DNA of 63,936 nucleotides, the filler included, from Vannella sp. (taxonomy: Eukaryota): assembly GCA_023345925.1 (NCBI GenBank). It is 6 parts of 6 records of this genome, joined end to end, with 100 filler letters (N's around TTAATTAATTAA, not from the genome) between each part and the next. Parts side by side here need not be neighbours in the genome. Positions count along the whole stretch, not along the records: positions 53,289 to 59,903 come from JAJQQN010001422.1; positions 60,004 to 63,936 come from JAJQQN010000633.1; 4 more parts are not named here. One strand, written 5' to 3'. This document shows positions 58,496 through 63,936 of this stretch, piece after piece. Position 1 is the first letter of the stretch. Every line of letters begins with the position of its first letter. The notes beneath the pieces were generated by a model, which was not told the origin of the DNA, searched no databases, and worked only from the letters and a program-made list of their open reading frames with translations. Made by a program: the position numbers and the translations under genes.

Positions 58496-59903
58496 TCAGC
58501 GCACAATGAGCCTCCGCCCAGCTTTATTAATTGTCCACAAGATCATCACTTGGAAGAGCTTCGTTTTCTTCGCTTTTGGGGCATCAGAGAAAGATAATTT
58601 GTCCAATTGAACTAAACCAAATATTCCAGCCGTCATAAATAGGGACAGATTGATAACTTGAACAGAATACCAGATATAAGGAGAAAAGAAGAAGGCCAAA
58701 CCGGTGCTACTGGATTGGACCAATCTGTATCCTATTCAAGGCATAAGGGAGGTTCTTCCACTGGACATTCATCCACTCACCTGCAAAGTAGGGTTCAGCA
58801 TTATGAGGAAATTGGGTGCTGAAGAAAGCTAAGAGTTGCGTGTTGAATGCGGAATCTCCAAAGCCGAAGAGAAAGGCAGATGCTGCAAAGAGTATCTTCG
58901 ATGGAGATGAGTGAGTCCGCCCCGCCCATTCACATAGAGTGTTTCTAACATACAAGATTTCCTTCCTCTGGCTGGAGACTAGCCAGAATGGAAGTGAAGC
59001 TCCCCAAAAGAATTGAGATAGAACCAATAATGACCGTTTGGGTTTTGCCCAGGCGCGAGGCTAACCATCCGTTAACAAGAGAACCAGGGCCATCCGTTAT
59101 TCCATATAGACACATGAAGAACCCAATCCGCACCGGATCGTGAATGAGGGCAGTGAAACTGCCGTAAAACAGAGTTTTGCCAAGCCCTGAGCAAGCGCAA
59201 GAGCAGAACAGGAGAAGAAACTTCTTATCCTTGAAGACTAAAAGAACCTCCAGGAAGCTTGGAGGGACTTTGACCTCTTCTTGAGGTTCAATAATCGGAG
59301 CTGGAACTCGGATAGCCAGAAAAGAAAGCGATGCTATCGCTGAAATCGCTGCTAAAACGACGAACAAGTAAAAAGAATCCAATCCAGTGGAGAGAAATAG
59401 CGCTGAGAAGAGATTGCCAAGGATAAGGTTGGTTTGAAGAATTGCAAAAAACTGAAATAGTCACTTGGAGGTGAGTTCTCACTAGTCACCAGCATCATTC
59501 CGTCTTACAGCTCCACTGTTCCAATGAACTGTTGTTGGATTTGAGTAACGCGCCATAGCGACCTGGTAACACACAGTCAGACAAGGCAGATAGATGCTCA
59601 CAATAACCAACTCCTTGGGCATTCCAAAGTAGCGCAGCTCCCATTCCAATCAAAGCAGAGCAAGGGAGTAACAAAAAAGGATTCGGGTGAATGTTGGCAG
59701 CAATGTACAAAGTGTAAGTTCCAGACCCAATCACTAGCGAGGCTCTGGGGCCTGTAAGGATCAAGTACCAAAGGGAATAAGTAGCTACTAACGTAACTCC
59801 GAGTCTTCGGACTATATGAGAAGTGAACAGATTCGAAAAGGACATGAAAAGGTACAGAATAGCGAGGCTCCAGAACCCCAGATGGTCGTTGAGGGTTGTT
59901 TCC
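58496..59903 (-). CDS. UNC93-like MFS membrane protein (5' partial)
   Basis: SLAILY, GSGTYTLYIAAN, GMGAALLWNAQG, FGFGDSAFNTQ and many TM segments. The exact C-terminus is uncertain. Confidence 0.85.
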
Positions 59904-60003
59904 NNNNNNNNNNNNNNNNNNNNNNNNNNNNNNNNNNNNNNNNNNNNTTAATTAATTAANNNNNNNNNNNNNNNNNNNNNNNNNNNNNNNNNNNNNNNNN
60001 NNN
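59904..60003. other. Artificial contig linker
   Basis: N/TTAATTAATTAA/N. Confidence 0.98.
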
Positions 60004-61429
60004 CGGGCTTGGATGAGGGCGGGGTCGATGTTGAGCTCTTGGAACTGCGTTTTGGAAGCCAAAACCCGTTCGTGGAGGGAGGATATGACCTTTTGGAGGC
60101 GGTGTCGTGGGTCTGTCTCTGTTAACGAAAGGGTTTGGAGCCAAGCGAGCCAGTGGTCAAGAAGGGGGATGAACCTTTTGTTCAGCTGCTTCAAACAGTC
60201 AATGAGGTGTCCCACAATAAGTTCCATTGCCTCGGTATCGAGGGTGTTGTGGACGTCTGTCTTGTTACTGATAGATATGTCCAAGCAGTAATCCAAGTTG
60301 TGGACTCCCATTCCCCTTAACTGCTCATAGTAATCCATATCTCCTGAAGGGCTTGGAAACGCGCATGAGTCTTCATCACTTTCTTCCAAGTCACTTAAGT
60401 CACTCCAATATGGCTCTTCTAAATCATCCAAAATAGTCCCTGATAGATCCTCTTCCCTTGTGGGAGATGGAAGGATAAAATAAGACTCCAGATCGGGAGT
60501 CTCTGAAGGATCCTCTTGAAGTGGAAGTGGAAGTGGATCGTCTAACTCCCTTGACAAGCTCGCAAACGGGTCTAAAGGCACCAGAATATCAAAAGAGCTT
60601 TGCTGATTCATAGTTAGGGTTCTCACTGGTCAGTGCCAGCTCTTATCCTACCATTTCTCCCAAAAGATTCTCCAATTCCGGTGCGACAATTCGGAGCTCT
60701 GCCCAGACTTGGCGAAGCTTCACTCGATCTACTCTCAACTTCTTCCTCTGATGGAACGTTAGTGGAGTGGACAGAGGCAATGGATACTCACTCTGGCCAG
60801 TCTTTGTTGCTCTTCTATCATGCTGGGGAATGTGACATTCTTCTTCAGTCGCTCATAAGCTCTAGTAAGCTTGCATCAGATAAGAGTCAATCATTTCTTG
60901 TGTTAGCGATATGAAAGGGCCCTACCGGAGGGATCCTGGGCCCATACTTGAGTGCCCAGTTCTCCACACATTCGATGGAGCGCTTGTGCAGTCGATCAGC
61001 CCACTCTCTAGGCTCAGGAAGAGTCATGGGAGGGATCTCTATCTCACAGGTATGAGATAAATGGATGGGGAACAGTGTGGAGCCACGCACCAATCAAGTT
61101 CTTGACTAAGTGATCAAAATCGTCCACAACCAGCTTCCGAAAGATGCCAGAGCGAGAGAACAGTTCCTCACAAACAAGTAGTGAAAGATACCGTTCTTTA
61201 GAAGACCTGGATCCCAAGGACACTTGTAACAGTCTCCAACAAGCCAGCAGGTTCTCCGAAGACTCCTTTACCGCCTCCTTCAAGTCCTACAAGCAGCTCC
61301 GTCAGACCACTTTGACCCTCCCACAAGTCGAATCCCTACACGCAACAACCGCTCCGATAAACCGTCCCCTTTCTCCCCCTTGGGCTTCACCAACCCGTTG
61401 AGGGTGAAATGCAGCCGGCTGGTCTCCAT
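60004..61429 (-). CDS. UVSSA: UV-stimulated scaffold protein A homologue (3' partial)
   Basis: VHS-like RYLSLLVCEELFSRSGIFRKLVV, LPEPREWADRL...VENWALKYG, followed by an acidic region. Confidence 0.78.
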
Positions 61430-61761
61430 CTCCACCCCAAAATAGAATGACCTTTGACTTGGCATCCCTTCCATTTCCAAGGGATCAACTTCAAAGCGTC
61501 TCCTCTCACTGAAAAGAAAGCCTTCCTTGACGAAGCGGCTCGACGGGCTCCTTTGGATCCTCAAAAGGAACGATCAAAGTTGCCTCCCGAGGGTTCATTA
61601 CAGTTCCTTCAGAGATGAGGCCCTCGTTGGCAGAAGAGCTCCTCTACTGCGTGGAAGATCTCCGGACCGCAAGACCGCGAGACCACAAGGGCTATTTCAT
61701 GAGCTACGAGCCCCAGTTGTGATTTAGAAAATAATTTTCGGAAATTTTCATAACCTACGGG

Positions 61762-62769
61762 ATGGTGATGGAGATGGACCGTTTTGTCCATTTCTTGGGT
61801 CCTGGGAGGGGACCATCAGCTTCTTGGATGCACCGAACAGATTGGGAACCCCTTGCCAATGACTTTAACCGCATCTCTCTTGATGGTGGGGAAGTAGTGG
61901 GACTGGTGCAGGTGGACGCCTGGGGAGCATCAAAACCAGAGTTGGGTGGTTCCCCGTCCCCTTTTGGGGGAGCGTCTACTTCCGGAACTGGATTTGAGAG
62001 TGTGTTTTGGGTACGTTTACTTACACTTCACTGTGGTTCGTGCTCACCTGTCGCAGAGCGGGAGTCAGGCTGCTTTACCACCTCAGGGAGATAAGAAGCT
62101 CCATCGGCATACTTCCCAGCTCAAGGTTCTCAACCAGATGAAAATAGTACTCAGTACACCCGAACTTGAGCTCCTCCGCCTTCACGAAAGCGTAAGCTGT
62201 CCCGTCAACCTGAAGTTTGTCCTTCTTATCTAACGAAGGGCCCTTCCCAGTTGAATGTAGATGATACCATTATGGAAGGAGCAGAAGGAGAGCTTCTGGA
62301 CATGGATACACTGCCAGAAATCGAGTTTGGGAACCTGGAAGAACCTCATGGTGGTCGACACTGTAATCCTCGATCTCGTACTCCCATGTTCCACATCCCA
62401 CTCCCTTCCATATCCTCTGCTATTGCTAAGCCCACGGGGCTGTCCCCACGCTCGCCTCGCTCGCACTCTCCAAGGAACTCCCCACGACTTCGCAACCACT
62501 CCCACAGGTCCCGTTATCGACCTCACAGTCTTACAGGAGACATGAAAGAGCAAATGGGAGCAATGCAAGAAGCGTTGGCGGATCCCAACCTCCGGAAGGT
62601 AAGACATGGCTACATGTGGTTAACCAACCCCAAGAGACTCACTCACATGGCACTCTTATAGACCTTCTCCTTCAACGAAGGCACTACAAAGTATGACCAG
62701 CTCTGCCCCAACAAAGACAAAGTCGCTACTCTGGGCAGTCCACGTTCCGCCTTCGCCCCTCCTCCGTAA
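61762..62769 (+). CDS. Hypothetical Ser/Pro/Arg-rich protein
   Basis: ORFs 61762, 61946 and 62251 join in phase 0 through GT-AG introns. A third intron leads to TFSFNEG...APPP*. Confidence 0.6.
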
Positions 62770-62937
62770 GTGCCCGCCTTGATGGTCTTGAACCACCTCA
62801 CTGACCCCTTTCTTGTAGATCGCCTCAAACAGATGATAGGAGGCACCGCAAGTTAACGAGGACGACCCGCATCCTCTTTGAAAGCAGCCCTTTGTAGATA
62901 GCAAATAACATGTTCCTTCGTTAGATCGTCAGACTCA

Positions 62938-63708
62938 TCAGTCGTACTTGGTAAGGCCTTGATAGTTAGGAAGGAGCTTGCTTTGGCGTCCGTCCTTCTT
63001 CTTTTGCTTTTCCAAGTGTTTGTCCAGCGTGCTTCCGTTGATCACGAAGAGCCACATGTCCACCATCATACCAATGATCAAGCACACTATTCCCGTGCAG
63101 ATCCCCTGTTCTCCTGGTTAGTACGGCATTGACGGGACCTACACAGTGGATTGCTCACTAGAACCTGGTCGTTGAAGAACTTTGAGCCGAGGTAAGAGCC
63201 TACGACGAAGCAGGAGAACATGGTTACGATGATGTTGAGCCCCACACTCAGCTGGGAAGTGGCATCTCGCATCTCCATCGAGTCTTTGATGCGTCCTATC
63301 CCTTTGGGCTCGATGATGTGACGGACCATCTTACGGTATTGGCGGTTCTCCATTTCTGCACGCAGTTTCTGCACACGCTTCTCCAGCTCAGGGTTCTGGG
63401 ACAGAGTGAGAACTTCGAGATTGGCATGGAAGAGGCGTTCCTACTCTCGGTGGGGGAGGGGGGATGAAGTGGTATGGAACAGATCCAAACAGGAGTTGAT
63501 ATAGATACTGTGGAGGCGTATCAACGCCTTCTTTGATCTCCAATTGCTTAGAATAGCGCAAAAGCAATTGTAGGAGGTCCAGAGGAGCCCCTTCTGCCGT
63601 CTGAAGGAGCTCCAGCTGCTTCTTATCCTTCCCATCTAAGCCACGACTCTCTTTCACTACCCTCCGAGCTATCCGCCGCATCAAGTCAGTGACAACCATC
63701 TCCGGCAT
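62938..63708 (-). CDS. TMEM199: V-ATPase assembly factor TMEM199/Vma12
   Basis: LYQLLFGS...PPPPRNPELEKRVQKLR..ENRQYRKMV and two TM helices. Two introns. Confidence 0.85.
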
Positions 63709-63936
63709 GGTGGAGCCTCTGGCAGCGTTCCCAATTAATGCCCGCCTTGCCTGTCGTTGTTTTTTTAAGCCCAGGAAACCAGGTACGGTATTGGGACAGT
63801 TTGAAGTGCTCTTGCATTCAATAGTCGTCCAGCCAATCCGCGTCCAGAGATCGCCCTTGCGCCTCTTCTGATTGGCGGAATCGAATGGGCTGCTTCCTGT
63901 TTCATTGTTTCTTGGCGCGCGATGTACAACCCGTAC

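Overview
Gene-dense eukaryotic (protist-like, ~50% GC) genomic DNA, not prokaryotic. Six contigs (1-16960, 17061-24276, 24377-47282, 47383-53188, 53289-59903, 60004-63936) are joined by artificial 100-nt N/TTAATTAATTAA/N linkers. Genes are split by very short GT-AG introns (mostly ~40-60 nt), so the ORF track is fragmented. I spliced it by eye into about 35 genes. These include BUB1, mitochondrial HslU, a 3R-MYB, TBC1D22, a Cdc123-like ATP-grasp protein, GH28, PRODH, FRA10AC1, an IRE/Rim15-type kinase, a PPR protein, WDR24, two PAK-like kinases, GRASP, an RsmJ-like methyltransferase, MED6, TAF5, a carnitine acyltransferase, 6PGL, calcineurin B, UVSSA and TMEM199. The gene set is compatible with a free-living amoeboid protist, but that is inference. 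The most interesting observations are: (1) an SDR-ankyrin-PAK kinase fusion; (2) a GST fused to two hemerythrin-like domains; (3) an ungapped 35-bp non-coding element on three different contigs, on the 5' side of minus-strand ATGs; (4) 3' splice sites that appear to be set by branch-point distance (AAG acceptors, proximal AGs skipped, no pyrimidine tract); (5) a tRNA-Leu-like gene with a structured insertion; (6) an intron-containing bacterial-type RsmJ and a CaaX-tailed Cdc123-like enzyme. All calls come from motif recognition. No database searches were run.
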